Shown in pieces: positions 45,371-55,094 of a DNA stretch of 64,000 bases. Every line of letters starts with the position of its first letter. Within the stretch, counting starts at the first letter, position 1. The position numbers and the translations under genes are program-made. Where the stretch lies: the NCBI GenBank assembly GCA_964549615.1, contig CAZJVP010000076.1, forward strand, positions 1 to 64,000, in the 5' to 3' direction. The notes under the pieces are model-generated. The model worked only from the letters and a program-made list of their open reading frames with translations. It searched no databases and was not told the origin of the DNA. The stretch is from an uncultured Thermococci archaeon. Lineage in GTDB: Archaea > CAYQAE01 > CAYVLA01.

Positions 45371-46323
45371 GCTCGTCGCCACGGGGCTTCCTTTTCCCGC
45401 AAGTGGACCCGATAGTCTCGGCCCAACAGCTCTCCATCTTTCTGGAGGTATCTGGCGAACCGAAGCCAGGGAATGTGACGAGGCGCAAGGCCTTTCCCGA
45501 GATCTCTTACGACGATTTCGCCTTCGCTTCAGCCTCGATCCGAGACCCGCTGCGGCGTTCCTACAGGCGTGCAAGGAGCGCGGCCTGTGAGGGGAAGAGG
45601 CTCTGCGGGCTCTGGGGACGGGCGCTTCTTGAGTCCAGCAAGGAGTCCATGTTCGGGCTTTCGAACACGATATTCGGGACCCTGCTCGTCGAGATACCAT
45701 TGGGAATTGGGGCAAGCGTCGCGAGGCCATGGGACAGCGTGGTGCGGAAGGCCGAAGAGGTCGTCCGAGCCTCGGACTGGACAGATTCGCTGGATTTCGT
45801 CAGATCGATCCGAGGTTGCGGCGTGGGCAACCTGTCCCACCCGGGCTTCGTGCGATCGGACGAGGCGCTGGATCTTGAGGACCCGGCAATTGAGGCCAAG
45901 ATAAGAAAAAGGAAGGTGAGCCTTGAACGCCTGCTCGCGCCCTCGGTCGGATACGACCTTCTAGCATCGGAGCTCGTTGGAGGCTTCCCCATCATCAGCA
46001 AGTACGCCCCTAAGTTCGTGGCATGGCTTCGCGAGTTCCAGGACCCGATCAAGGCGTCGGCTGCAACATACTGTTCGCTGCTAGCGGAATACCCCGACTC
46101 GCTGGTGGGCCGCAAGGCCGGAGCCGAAGTGGCAAAGCAGGTAATGGTACGCGCAGCAAGGGTGATGCGGTTCCCGCTCTTCTCGGCCAGATGGCTTAAG
46201 GGGATGGAGAGGCTGGATGCGGACCTGAGAAAGAGGGACCTGAACCCCGGAACGCTTGCCGACCTGACGGCCGCAAGCATCTTCCTCGCTCTCATTGGAG
46301 CCGTGCCTACTTCCGCTGTATGA
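45367..46323 (+). CDS. CitG/triphosphoribosyl-dephospho-CoA synthase-family protein
   Basis: LEVSG.PKPGNV, NT.FG, YPDSLV.RK.G, NPGT.AD; ATGA overlap with pyrG. Confidence 0.8.
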   Translation: MSSSPRGFLFPQVDPIVSAQQLSIFLEVSGEPKPGNVTRRKAFPEISYDDFAFASASIRDPLRRSYRRARSAACEGKRLCGLWGRALLESSKESMFGLSNTIFGTLLVEIPLGIGASVARPWDSVVRKAEEVVRASDWTDSLDFVRSIRGCGVGNLSHPGFVRSDEALDLEDPAIEAKIRKRKVSLERLLAPSVGYDLLASELVGGFPIISKYAPKFVAWLREFQDPIKASAATYCSLLAEYPDSLVGRKAGAEVAKQVMVRAARVMRFPLFSARWLKGMERLDADLRKRDLNPGTLADLTAASIFLALIGAVPTSAV

Positions 46324-47002
46324 CTCGCGTCCCCGAGCTTGTCCCGACGATGACCAGATCAGCGACCTGACAAAAGATGCCGCTGTCGACTACTCCAGGT
46401 ATCGACCTTATGTCCGCCTCGAGCGCATCGGGGTCAGCGATCGGGCCAAAGTCGCAGTCCAGAATGAGGTTCCCGTTGTCCGTTCTGAATGGTCCCTTTC
46501 CTCCCTCGGCCATCCTGATCTTACATCTTCCGCCGAGGTCGGATATCTCGCGCGAAACCAAGGGAAGCGCGAAGGGGATGATTTCGACGGGAACCGGGCT
46601 CTTCTCTCCCAGCCGTCGCGAAAGCTTGGATTCATCGACCACTATCGCGACGAACTCGCTTGCCCTTGCGACGATCTTCTCCCTAACGTGCGCGCCGCCG
46701 CCCCCCTTTATGAGGTTGAGATCGGCGTCGACCTCGTCCGCGCCGTCGATATCCAGATCCAGTCTCGGGCGTTCCTCGAGGCCGATCAACGGGATGCCGA
46801 GCTCCTTGGCAAGGCTCTCGGTCGGGAGGGAGGTGGGAACCCCCGATACGCGAAGGCCTTCATTCTTGATTCTGTTGGAGAGCTCCTTCAAGAAATAGTG
46901 GACGGTGGACCCCGTGCCGAGCCCAAGGGCCATTCCGTCCTTGACCAGCCGTGCCGCCTCCATCCCTGCGTTGCGCTTGGCGACCTCGGTATCGGACCTC
47001 AC
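46307..47002 (-). CDS. rpiA: Ribose-5-phosphate isomerase A
   Basis: GLGTGST, IDGADEVD, IKGGGGA..REKIVA, TDNGN.ILD, GVVDSGIF. Confidence 0.96.
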   Translation of the reverse strand: MRSDTEVAKRNAGMEAARLVKDGMALGLGTGSTVHYFLKELSNRIKNEGLRVSGVPTSLPTESLAKELGIPLIGLEERPRLDLDIDGADEVDADLNLIKGGGGAHVREKIVARASEFVAIVVDESKLSRRLGEKSPVPVEIIPFALPLVSREISDLGGRCKIRMAEGGKGPFRTDNGNLILDCDFGPIADPDALEADIRSIPGVVDSGIFCQVADLVIVGTSSGTRVIQRK

Positions 47003-47077
47003 ATCCTGCCTCGGGCCGTTACCAACTGAAAATGGTTTTGCCTTCCATTTTTCCCGGCTAGGACTGCGAGGGCTGGG

Positions 47078-47443
47078 CTACTCTCCCCGTTTCAGTTTCT
47101 CGGATATCTCCATGCGCTTTCCCTTCCTGACGAAGGAGATCGTAGGCTCAAGCCCCTTGATCTTGCGTTCGATTGCCTTGACTATGATCCTGTCGATCTT
47201 GTATCTGATCCTCCTCTGGACCACAAGCGCTATGATGGTCTCCTCGATCTTCGCGGCGACCTCGGGGTCGGATGAGCGGACCTCCTTCAGGTAGGCTAGG
47301 CCGTCCGGTTGCATGACCTGGGACAGTATGCGCTCGATCTCCTGCCGCTCCCTCTGCTTCCTCTCATCGGCGAGCTTCTTCTCCTTGAGCATCCTCTGCA
47401 TTTCGCGCATCTTCCGACGGCGTATCTCCTCTATGTCCTCCAT
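47078..47443 (-). CDS. PDCD5-like DNA-binding protein (divergent)
   Basis: MEDIEEIRRRKMREMQ N-terminus and helical pattern of the archaeal PDCD5/MTH1615 family. Confidence 0.65.
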   Translation of the reverse strand: MEDIEEIRRRKMREMQRMLKEKKLADERKQRERQEIERILSQVMQPDGLAYLKEVRSSDPEVAAKIEETIIALVVQRRIRYKIDRIIVKAIERKIKGLEPTISFVRKGKRMEISEKLKRGE

Positions 47444-47449
47444 GCTCGA

Positions 47450-48634
47450 TCACACAAGTACCTTGCGGAGCTTCCACAGAAGCTTGGGCGAAGTGCTGGA
47501 CATAGCCCTGATTATCCCAAGGGTGTTGAACTCAACGCCCGATACATTCTGGAAGGCCTTCGCTATGCTGTCCAGCTCCTCGTCCTTGAGCTCAAGATAC
47601 ACGTCCTTCGCCTTTAGGAGTCTCCAGTGGTAGTTGCCGATCGCCTCGATCCAGCGTTCGTCGTAGAGGGCCAGCGATTTTCTGGAGAAGTCGCCGGTTT
47701 GCATGATCTCCCCTGCTGTCTTTCCCGCGATCTTTGCGCAGGTGACCGACGAGCCGATGCCTCCGCCCGTTATCGGGTTGACCTGCCTGGCCGCGTCGCC
47801 CACGAGCATCACGTTGTCTGCCACGGCCGATCTCAGCGGCCCCGAGACCGGAACCCCGCCGGCCTTGACCTCGATTATTGCTCCATCTTTGAATCTGTGG
47901 GAAAGACTTGGGTGCTCGATGAACGCGTCAAGGTACTCCACCGCCGGCTTGCCGGCGATCTTCGGTATGACCGCCAGTCCGACGTTTGCACGGTCATCCC
48001 CCTTCGGAAAGATCCAGGCATACCCTCCCGGAGCATAACATCGTCCCACGAACATCTCTATCTCATCATGCACGTCGATGCCTACCATCTCGTACTCGAT
48101 GCCGGACTCGATGTCGTTCGGACCCAGATGCGTGTCGATTCCCGCCCAACGGCCGACCTTCGACATGACTCCGTCAGCACCGATAACGATCTTTGCTCGG
48201 ATCTGTCTGGGCTCGCCGAACTCCTGGTACGAGACAACCGCCCTACTACCATCCCTCGAGAGCCCGGTGGCCTTACAGCAGAGCCTAAGGTCGGCGCCCG
48301 CATCGACGGCGAGGCGGCCCAGGTGCTTGTCGAAGATCTTCCTCTCCAGCACATAACCGAAATCGAACCCCTTGACGTTCTGTCTAAGGTCAACCGTGAT
48401 GCCGGAGGGGGAGATGAGCTTGACGTTCTCCACCCTCTTGGCAGTCCATGCGCCCTCGCCAAGGCCCAGCTCGTCCAAGACCTTGGAGGACACGCCCTCC
48501 GCACACTGGACCGGCTCCCCTATCTCGGCCCGTTTCTCAAGCAGGATCGTGTTGCACCCCGATTCGGCCGCGTACCGCGCCGCGGTGGAACCCGCGGGCC
48601 CAGCCCCGACGACTACGACGTCAGCCTCCTCCAA
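47450..48634 (-). CDS. Digeranylgeranylglycerophospholipid reductase (GGR)
   Basis: VVGAGPAGS, PVQCAEG, APGGYAWIFPKG, VGDAARQVNPITGGGI; start trimmed to TTG 48634. Confidence 0.9.
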   Translation of the reverse strand: MEEADVVVVGAGPAGSTAARYAAESGCNTILLEKRAEIGEPVQCAEGVSSKVLDELGLGEGAWTAKRVENVKLISPSGITVDLRQNVKGFDFGYVLERKIFDKHLGRLAVDAGADLRLCCKATGLSRDGSRAVVSYQEFGEPRQIRAKIVIGADGVMSKVGRWAGIDTHLGPNDIESGIEYEMVGIDVHDEIEMFVGRCYAPGGYAWIFPKGDDRANVGLAVIPKIAGKPAVEYLDAFIEHPSLSHRFKDGAIIEVKAGGVPVSGPLRSAVADNVMLVGDAARQVNPITGGGIGSSVTCAKIAGKTAGEIMQTGDFSRKSLALYDERWIEAIGNYHWRLLKAKDVYLELKDEELDSIAKAFQNVSGVEFNTLGIIRAMSSTSPKLLWKLRKVLV

Positions 48635-48839
48635 CCTCAGCCTCCCTCCTCTTGGCGATAGCGCCCAGGGGGCAGGTCCTGACGCAAATGAAGCAGCTGT
48701 TGCACCTGGAGGCGTCATGAACGACATTGAACTCCGAGACGTCTATGGCGTCGCGTTCGCACACGGCTGCACAAGCGCCACACCTCAGGCACTTCTCCAG
48801 CTTGATCTCGATCAAGCTCTCACTGGATCTAGGCGGCAA
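48621..48839 (-). CDS. 2x[4Fe-4S] ferredoxin
   Basis: CLRCGACAAVC and CNSCFICVRTCP; overlaps the GGR start. Confidence 0.85.
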   Translation of the reverse strand: MPPRSSESLIEIKLEKCLRCGACAAVCERDAIDVSEFNVVHDASRCNSCFICVRTCPLGAIAKRREAEVGGG

Positions 48840-48919
48840 CGCGTTTTATTAAATCATTTGTGGGCGGGTGCAACATCACCGGCTCCTGGACTGCAATGCA
48901 AAACTGGGGTTCTGGGTGA

Positions 48920-49087
48920 TCAGGCGTTCGCGGTCCTTGACGACTTCAGCATTCGCCGATATCTGCCGAACTTGTCCTGGGGGGAGAACTTGGGCGGATG
49001 AGGGGTGCAAGTCCTTCCCCCGCATCTTGCGCAGGTTGGCTGCAGGGTGTAGACCTTGCAGGCCTTGCACCGCTTCAGCTTCTTCAA
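48920..49087 (-). CDS. nop10: H/ACA RNP protein Nop10
   Basis: Hand translation (below the ORF-track cutoff): (M)KKLKRCKACKVYTLQPTCARCGGRTCTPHPPKFSPQDKFGRYRR; canonical position after aIF2-alpha. Confidence 0.92.
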   Translation of the reverse strand: MKKLKRCKACKVYTLQPTCARCGGRTCTPHPPKFSPQDKFGRYRRMLKSSRTANA

Positions 49088-49093
49088 GAGTTC

Positions 49094-49891
49094 TCACTTG
49101 GAGGGCCGAGAGAACGCAAAGGTGTGGTCGAACTTCTTTAGGTAGGACTCCATCTGCGCGATCCTCTGCTGAAGGGTGCTCTCGGCAGTCTTGTAGTCAT
49201 CCGCCTCGACGGTAACCCTGTACCTGGGAGGGCCGATTATCTGAACGGCTATCTTCGTCTCTTTTTCCCCGTCCGTGGGCTTGGCCAGCTCCTTCAAGGC
49301 CTCGCGGATCACTTCGACGCCGTTCGGCTCGAAACACTGGAGGGAGATGTATCCCTCGATTTCGACCTTGTGGAGCTCGATGGTGGAGACTATGATGGGG
49401 TAGAGAGCCTCGATCCAGTCCTTGGAGATCCCTCTCTTCTCCAGAACCTCCTTGCCCCCGGCAACGACTTCCTCGAAGGCTGAGTAAACGTCCGGGTACT
49501 CGGCGAGGAGCTTGTCCACGACCTCGGACTTGGCCTGCTCCGGGGTCTTGCCCAGCTTCTTGCTCGCCAGCTCAAGCAGCTTGAGGGATTTCTGCCTCTG
49601 CTTCCATTGTTGGACCTTGTATCGCTTCTGTTGCTCGGTCGTCCTCTTGAGGGACATGTCGATGTGCCGCTTGGCCACATCGACCCTCGTCACCTTGGCC
49701 ACGACCTTGCGGCCCTCTTTGAAGAAGTCCCTGATGTTCTTTACCCAGTTGGGCGATACCTCCGATATGTGGATGAATCCCTCCTTGTCGCCGTACTCGT
49801 CAAGCGTGAGGAAAGCCCCGAACTTCTCGACCTTCCTCACGGTGCACATCACGACCTCACCCTCCTTGGGCCACTCGCTATCGAAGGACAT
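49094..49891 (-). CDS. eif2a: Translation initiation factor 2 alpha subunit
   Basis: S1 domain LDEY..KEGFIHISEV...WVKNIRD, HIDMSLKR, GPPRYR, DYKTAE. Confidence 0.95.
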   Translation of the reverse strand: MSFDSEWPKEGEVVMCTVRKVEKFGAFLTLDEYGDKEGFIHISEVSPNWVKNIRDFFKEGRKVVAKVTRVDVAKRHIDMSLKRTTEQQKRYKVQQWKQRQKSLKLLELASKKLGKTPEQAKSEVVDKLLAEYPDVYSAFEEVVAGGKEVLEKRGISKDWIEALYPIIVSTIELHKVEIEGYISLQCFEPNGVEVIREALKELAKPTDGEKETKIAVQIIGPPRYRVTVEADDYKTAESTLQQRIAQMESYLKKFDHTFAFSRPSK

Positions 49892-49903
49892 GACCTCTCC
49901 CTC

Positions 49904-50110
49904 CTACTCGAGGACTTCGATTATGCTCGTGCTCACTTTGCCCTTGCCCGAGCGGGGAACCGCGAGCGTGTTCTCGCAGACCACGCACTTCACCAGGCTG
50001 GCCGGAGATCCGAATATCACCTGTTCGTTTCCGCAACTTGAGCACCGCACCCTGAGGAAGCGTGACTTGGGCAGCGGTATGTGCTTCCTTATCCTGTCGT
50101 CCATTCGCAT
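49904..50110 (-). CDS. rps27e: Ribosomal protein eS27
   Basis: [20 protein letters not shown]...CVVC..LA.P..GK. Confidence 0.93.
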   Translation of the reverse strand: MRMDDRIRKHIPLPKSRFLRVRCSSCGNEQVIFGSPASLVKCVVCENTLAVPRSGKGKVSTSIIEVLE

Positions 50111-50117
50111 TCCACCC

Positions 50118-50420
50118 TCAGTCAGTTAGCTCGAGTGCCCTCGCCCTGAACCCGGGCCTGGTCTGGGACTTCTTGCACACCGTGCATGTGAACCTCAGGT
50201 CGTGGCGCTTCGTGGGTTTCTCCCTCTTCTGCTTGGACTTTGGGAAACCGCGCGCTCCCCTCGTCTTGCCGGTGGGTTTGACCTTTCGCCTGAACCTGCG
50301 GTGTCCCTTTCTTAGCTCTCCCCTGGGTTTCTTGCGGGCTCGGGAGATCGAATGCTCCGTGTGCTTCTTGCAGGTCGGACAGTACATGCTTAGCGTCTTC
50401 GGCATCTTCAACCTACTCAC
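50118..50420 (-). CDS. rpl44e: Ribosomal protein eL42 (L44e)
   Basis: MPK....[26 protein letters not shown]...GFRA; start could be 50411 or 50405. Confidence 0.93.
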   Translation of the reverse strand: MSRLKMPKTLSMYCPTCKKHTEHSISRARKKPRGELRKGHRRFRRKVKPTGKTRGARGFPKSKQKREKPTKRHDLRFTCTVCKKSQTRPGFRARALELTD

Positions 50421-51066
50421 CTGCGGGCCTAACCCTTTCTGCCACCTTCCTTCCGAGCAGGATCTCCGATACCTCGCCTGGCAATGCGACGATGTCCTCC
50501 CCTGCGAAGGGACCGTAGGTCTTGAGATCCCGAGCCACGAATGATGGGAACTCCCTTACGATCCTGAGGATCTCGTTGCGTTCCGGCCGGCGGGGCTTAG
50601 CAGCCTCCCTCGGCACGTCTCGGGCTTGGACGGGTTCCGTCTCCGCCGGGCGTACCGCGGGCATCTGCGCCGATTCGGGAATGCTCCCTACCGGGGAAGT
50701 TGCCCCCGGTAGTTCCCCTGAAGGTCTATAAAATCTTTTCTCATAAGACTCGATGACCTGTCTGAGGTCCTGTAAGAGTTTCCGCTCTGGCGCCGTCAGG
50801 CCGGTGGGGACGCGGCCTTCCGTGGCTTGGGCGGCGAGCTTGCTTACTCGAACCTGCATCATCTGCGTTAGGAAGGCCTTCAGCTTCTCCTTCTCGGCCA
50901 GCATCAACGATCTGCGTGGTTCATCTTGGCCCGAGCGTGCAATGGATTCCTCAACCAGCTCGATTGTTTTCGCTAGGTCCGCGAGAAAGCCCTCGGGCAG
51001 TTCCTGCAGATCGACCGAGAGCACCTCCCTCAGCCAGGCCTCCTTGGCCGCCTGATAGGTTATCAA
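50413..51066 (-). CDS. DNA replication complex GINS subunit (Gins15/51-like)
   Basis: LQELPEGF, R..K, LTAPE, C-terminal B-domain PSFV..D.KTYGPF..EDIVALP; position between PCNA and L44e. Confidence 0.8.
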   Translation of the reverse strand: MITYQAAKEAWLREVLSVDLQELPEGFLADLAKTIELVEESIARSGQDEPRRSLMLAEKEKLKAFLTQMMQVRVSKLAAQATEGRVPTGLTAPERKLLQDLRQVIESYEKRFYRPSGELPGATSPVGSIPESAQMPAVRPAETEPVQARDVPREAAKPRRPERNEILRIVREFPSFVARDLKTYGPFAGEDIVALPGEVSEILLGRKVAERVRPAGE

Positions 51067-51121
51067 CGCTAGCCCGGTAGCTCGGCCCGTATAAAATATT
51101 ACCGCGAGGGCTCAGCCCAGC

Positions 51122-51868
51122 CTAGTCCTCGACCCGAGGTGCCAGGAGGAACGCCAGCCTTCCGCCCTCCAGAGGAACGGTCAATCTCAGAGGCAGGTCC
51201 TGGCCCCACTCCAGTTCAACGATGTCCGTGGCCTCCGCCGCCTTGAGCATGTTCTGGATGTAAGAGATGATGTATATCGCCCGGCACTCCTTCTTGACCT
51301 CCATGTGTGCTATGCCCTCGCTCTGCTTGTTCAGGCGGACGTTTACGCTCTCCACGTCGCTCTCCCCCTCCAGTCGCAGGAAGTCCGGCGTCGCCCTGAG
51401 CGTCACGTGGTCTCCTACGATTCCCACATCTTTCAGTGCCTCGGAGAGAACCCCGGCCTCCATCCGGACCGTGGCGGTGAAGGGGATCTGCGGGGTGGGC
51501 GCTGCGCTTTCGCCAAGGTCAAGAAGCGGAATGCTGAACGTGGTGACGGAAATGCCCTCGAACGTGAGGACGAACCTGTTGGTCTGCTCGTCCAGCGCCA
51601 TCCTGAGCCGGTCTCCGGGCCGCGCCCTTCGAAGCATCTTATTCATGTCCTCGAGGTTTAGGCCGATGTTCCTTGTCGCATCCACCTTGTAGGTCTCGAA
51701 GGACTCGGCGGCAAGCTCGAAGTCGACCATCGATATCCTTGCGGGATCCATCGAGTTGAACCTAACCTTGGCCGGACTCACGCAGAATATGCCCTCTTCG
51801 ATCAACGTGGAGATGGCATCGATGCATCTCTTCCAAACGGCAGCTTGAGACAGAGTCGCCTCGAACAT
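51122..51868 (-). CDS. pcn: DNA polymerase sliding clamp PCNA
   Basis: MFEA, SMDPARISMVD, PLRL, FLLAPRVE. Confidence 0.95.
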   Translation of the reverse strand: MFEATLSQAAVWKRCIDAISTLIEEGIFCVSPAKVRFNSMDPARISMVDFELAAESFETYKVDATRNIGLNLEDMNKMLRRARPGDRLRMALDEQTNRFVLTFEGISVTTFSIPLLDLGESAAPTPQIPFTATVRMEAGVLSEALKDVGIVGDHVTLRATPDFLRLEGESDVESVNVRLNKQSEGIAHMEVKKECRAIYIISYIQNMLKAAEATDIVELEWGQDLPLRLTVPLEGGRLAFLLAPRVED

Positions 51869-51892
51869 TCGCAACACCCTTGACGAAGAGAA

Positions 51893-52195
51893 TCAACCCA
51901 GCAGCTGTCTGACGCTCCTGTGCAGATCCAAGTCCAACTTGTCCATGTCCTGGATGATTTCCCCTTGCAGCACCGCCTCAGGATCCTTAAAAATCCTTCC
52001 GATCACGCGCACGCGCTGGCCCTCTCTTATGGAGGAAAGCTTCTCCGGGTCGGCCATGACTTGTATCTGGCCCTCCCCATCGTCCAGGGTGAAGCATCCC
52101 TCCCGAAGCTCAAGCGCGGTGCCGAGTATGCGTACCATGACGTCTTGGTCCTTGATTTCTCGGATCCTCCTCTCGACCGCTGGCTGTCGTTTCAT
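51893..52195 (-). CDS. Single OB-fold protein, RPA14 (Rpa3)-like
   Basis: R.PAVERRI.EI...D..V.ILG, LDDG.G, GQ.VRVIGR, EIIQD...LDL resemble Pyrococcus RPA14. Confidence 0.75.
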   Translation of the reverse strand: MKRQPAVERRIREIKDQDVMVRILGTALELREGCFTLDDGEGQIQVMADPEKLSSIREGQRVRVIGRIFKDPEAVLQGEIIQDMDKLDLDLHRSVRQLLG

Positions 52196-52281
52196 TCTCT
52201 CCAATATGGGTCTTGGAAGAGGCGATGGCGCTGGTTTATATCTATAACGGAGGCCGGCCGGGTCGGATCGCCGGGCATGAC

Positions 52282-53409
52282 CTAGAGGCACATCCCGATT
52301 CTCATGTTCTCCAACTCGCCCTCATCAACGGTGATTCCCAGCCCGGGGCGATCCGGGACGTCGACATGCGCGCCCTCGACCCTGATGCCATCCGCTAGGA
52401 GGGTCGACAAAAACTGCGGCCCGTTCGTGTCGACGGGCAGCGCCATCGGGAGCGTGGAGAAGACGTGCACAGACGCTGCTAGCCCCACGCCGGTCTCCGT
52501 CATGCCGCTGCCCAGGACCTGGATGCCTGCCGACTCGGCGAGGGTGGCGATCTTCTGCGTCCCCAGTATCCCGGACTTGGCGATCTTCAGCACAACCATG
52601 TCGCCCGCATTCATCGTTATGACCCTCAACATGTCGTAATGGGTGAAGACCGACTCATCGACGGCGATGGGGATCGAGCTTATGGCTGATGTCCTCTGGA
52701 GGCCCAAGTAGTCGTAGGTTGGCACCGGCTGCTCGAGACAGACGATGTTCGCAAGGTCGCCTATGAGGGCCAGGAGCCGTCGCAAGGTCGAAGCGTCGTA
52801 CGCCTGGTTAGCATCTGCCCAGATCCGCGCCTTCCCCGCTGCTTCCGAGAGGCATCTCAGTCTATCCGCATCGAGATCCGGCTTGCCCGATATTTTGATC
52901 TTGAAGCAGGTGTACCCCTTCCTCCTTGCCGACCTTGCGCGCCTGGCAAGCGCCTCGACATCACCTGACACCATGTAGCACAGCTCAAGCTTGTCGGTGA
53001 GGCGGCCTCCCAAGATCCTGTGGAGAGGAAGGCCGGATTCCTTGCCGAGGATGTCGAAGAGCGCCTGCTCGACCGCGGATACTGCGAAAGGCTGGCTTGC
53101 GCTGACGGAAGGCGTAATCGAGGAATCGATCTTTGACCTGATCGACCTAACGGAGGAGCAGTCCTCGCGCAGGAGGATCGGCGCGATGTGGTTCTTGAGG
53201 GTCGAGCAGACAGTCTCCATCGTCTCGTAGCTCCAGGTGGGGTTTGGCCTTGACTCGCCCCAACCGGTCTCGCCGTCGGAGGTGGTGAGCTTCAGGTAGA
53301 CGTGCTGCCCAGGCTTGCCGGGCCCGCCCACGAATCCGCGCGAAAGGAGAAAGGGCTCGCGAAACGGTATCTCGACGGGGAAGATCTCGACGCTCGTGAT
53401 CTTTGTCAT
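52282..53409 (-). CDS. Mandelate racemase/muconate cycloisomerase (enolase superfamily) enzyme
   Basis: GWGE, FKIK, ADANQ, LEQP, AVDES, LK.AK.G, GSG; start trimmed to ATG 53409. Confidence 0.88.
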   Translation of the reverse strand: MTKITSVEIFPVEIPFREPFLLSRGFVGGPGKPGQHVYLKLTTSDGETGWGESRPNPTWSYETMETVCSTLKNHIAPILLREDCSSVRSIRSKIDSSITPSVSASQPFAVSAVEQALFDILGKESGLPLHRILGGRLTDKLELCYMVSGDVEALARRARSARRKGYTCFKIKISGKPDLDADRLRCLSEAAGKARIWADANQAYDASTLRRLLALIGDLANIVCLEQPVPTYDYLGLQRTSAISSIPIAVDESVFTHYDMLRVITMNAGDMVVLKIAKSGILGTQKIATLAESAGIQVLGSGMTETGVGLAASVHVFSTLPMALPVDTNGPQFLSTLLADGIRVEGAHVDVPDRPGLGITVDEGELENMRIGMCL

Positions 53410-53471
53410 GGGCCCTCTTGGATCGGAAGAGTTCTGAAAAGTATTTCCCGAGGTCGTCGTGGGAACGGAGG

Positions 53472-53490
53472 GAAAAAAGAAAGAGGAGAT
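53472..53490 (-). terminator. T-rich terminator after the FG-GAP gene
   Basis: Minus strand TCTCCTCTTTCTTTTTTC just downstream of the 53501 stop. Confidence 0.5.
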
Positions 53491-53500
53491 ATGAGGGGTT

Positions 53501-54973
53501 CTACCGCGCGATCTTGCGGGTGGCTGCAAGGAGCCCGAATGCTGCTAGGGGCAGGATGGCGCCCTCGATTATGGGGATCACTGCCACGTTGCCCATGGTG
53601 TTGTAGCCTCTCGGCCAGATCATGTTGTTCGCGTTGTACGCCCCGCCCGCCGTGAAGCAGTAGACGACGGTATCCTCGGAGCAGACGAACGCCCACTCGA
53701 CCTTGCCGTCGCCATCGAAGTCTCCCATTATCTGCTTGACATCGCCCGGGCCCCACAACGGCGCACCGACCGTGGGGTCCACTGGTATGTTCGGGTTAAC
53801 CCAGAGTTGGTCCCATGCGTACTCGATGCTACCCTTCGAGTCTATCGAGAAGATCAGCGTCGTCGCCCTGCCGCCGACAACGTCCATCTTTCCGTCGCCG
53901 GTGAAGTCACCGATCAGCGAGGTGAAGGCGATCGCTGGGGCCGTCCACTTCTTCTTTCCATTGTAGTCCAGACAGTAGAGGTGAAGGGCCAGACCTGTTG
54001 GTCCGATGCCCACGTCAGAGACGAAGACCTCAAGGAACCCATCGCCATCGATGTCCCCGATGGACGGGCTCTCCGAAGCCCAGCCCGTCATCGCGGCGGT
54101 GGGGTCCAGGCTGAAAGTCCATTTCTCGGTTCCAAAGAAAGTAAGGCAGTATAGCTTGAGCTCGTCTGGCACCATAACTAGGATCTCGTACTCGCCGTCC
54201 TTGTCGATGTCGCCAACCGCTGCGGTCGATTGCCCGGGCTTGTTGCCGAAATTGAAGCGCCATTTCTCAACCCCGGAGCTGGTCAAGCAGTAGATCATCT
54301 TTCCGTTCTGGCACGGGATCAGGATCTCAACCTCGCCGTCCTTGTCGACGTCCCATGCGGTGGGCCCACTGTTCGTGCCTTCAGCCATCTGGAACCTCCA
54401 CTTCTCGCGGCCGTCGTGGCTGAGGACGTAGAGCCAGCCAACGCCCCCTGTTGCGAAGATTACCTCCTTCTTGCCGTCACCATCGATGTCAAAGATCGTC
54501 GGGCTGTTGTCCGAGCCTGCCTCAGGGGTGAACTGCCACTTGAGCTGGGGCCTGCCCCCGATAACGTTGAAACAGTGCACCCAGTTGTTCCTGCCTATGG
54601 CGACAACCTCGAGCTTCCCGTCGCCGTCCAAGTCATCTATCGCCGGGACACACATTGGGTCGCCAGGAAGGTTGTCCTTGTCGGGCGGGGGATAGATCCA
54701 CTGGATCGCACCCGTCTTCCCGCTCAGGCAGACCAGCCTGTCGGTCATCTGCTGGAGGCCCTTTCTCCTGCAGAGGAGGATATCAACCGTTCCGTCGCCG
54801 TCGATGTCAGCGTAGTTCATCCCACCGAGAACGCTCTCGTACAGGCCCGTCTGGGCTGTCACGTTCGAAGCCCATTTTAGTGTGAGGCGCTTCTGCGCGT
54901 ATGCGCTTGTCGCTAGAGACACTGCGGCTAGAACCACAACTAGAGAGTACTTGAGGGCCGTTTTCACGCCCAC
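53501..54973 (-). CDS. Secreted FG-GAP/VCBS beta-propeller protein with C-terminal membrane anchor
   Basis: Signal peptide; eight D(I/L/V/F)xxDG motifs with G..KW.F blades; C-terminus IPIIEGAILPLAAFGLLAATRKIAR. Confidence 0.8.
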   Translation of the reverse strand: MGVKTALKYSLVVVLAAVSLATSAYAQKRLTLKWASNVTAQTGLYESVLGGMNYADIDGDGTVDILLCRRKGLQQMTDRLVCLSGKTGAIQWIYPPPDKDNLPGDPMCVPAIDDLDGDGKLEVVAIGRNNWVHCFNVIGGRPQLKWQFTPEAGSDNSPTIFDIDGDGKKEVIFATGGVGWLYVLSHDGREKWRFQMAEGTNSGPTAWDVDKDGEVEILIPCQNGKMIYCLTSSGVEKWRFNFGNKPGQSTAAVGDIDKDGEYEILVMVPDELKLYCLTFFGTEKWTFSLDPTAAMTGWASESPSIGDIDGDGFLEVFVSDVGIGPTGLALHLYCLDYNGKKKWTAPAIAFTSLIGDFTGDGKMDVVGGRATTLIFSIDSKGSIEYAWDQLWVNPNIPVDPTVGAPLWGPGDVKQIMGDFDGDGKVEWAFVCSEDTVVYCFTAGGAYNANNMIWPRGYNTMGNVAVIPIIEGAILPLAAFGLLAATRKIAR

Positions 54974-55094
54974 AAACCTCCGCGTTCTGCATGCCGTATG
55001 AAGATAAAAAGATTATGGCAACCAACCAACCAAGCAGGTGAGGCTGTTGCATTGGCTGGGGGTCGCGGCCTGCCGTTGACTACCTAGGCACCGG

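Noticed and set aside
48876-49097. 73-aa minus ORF in the track
   Set aside because: Wrong frame; the real gene is Nop10 at 48920-49087.
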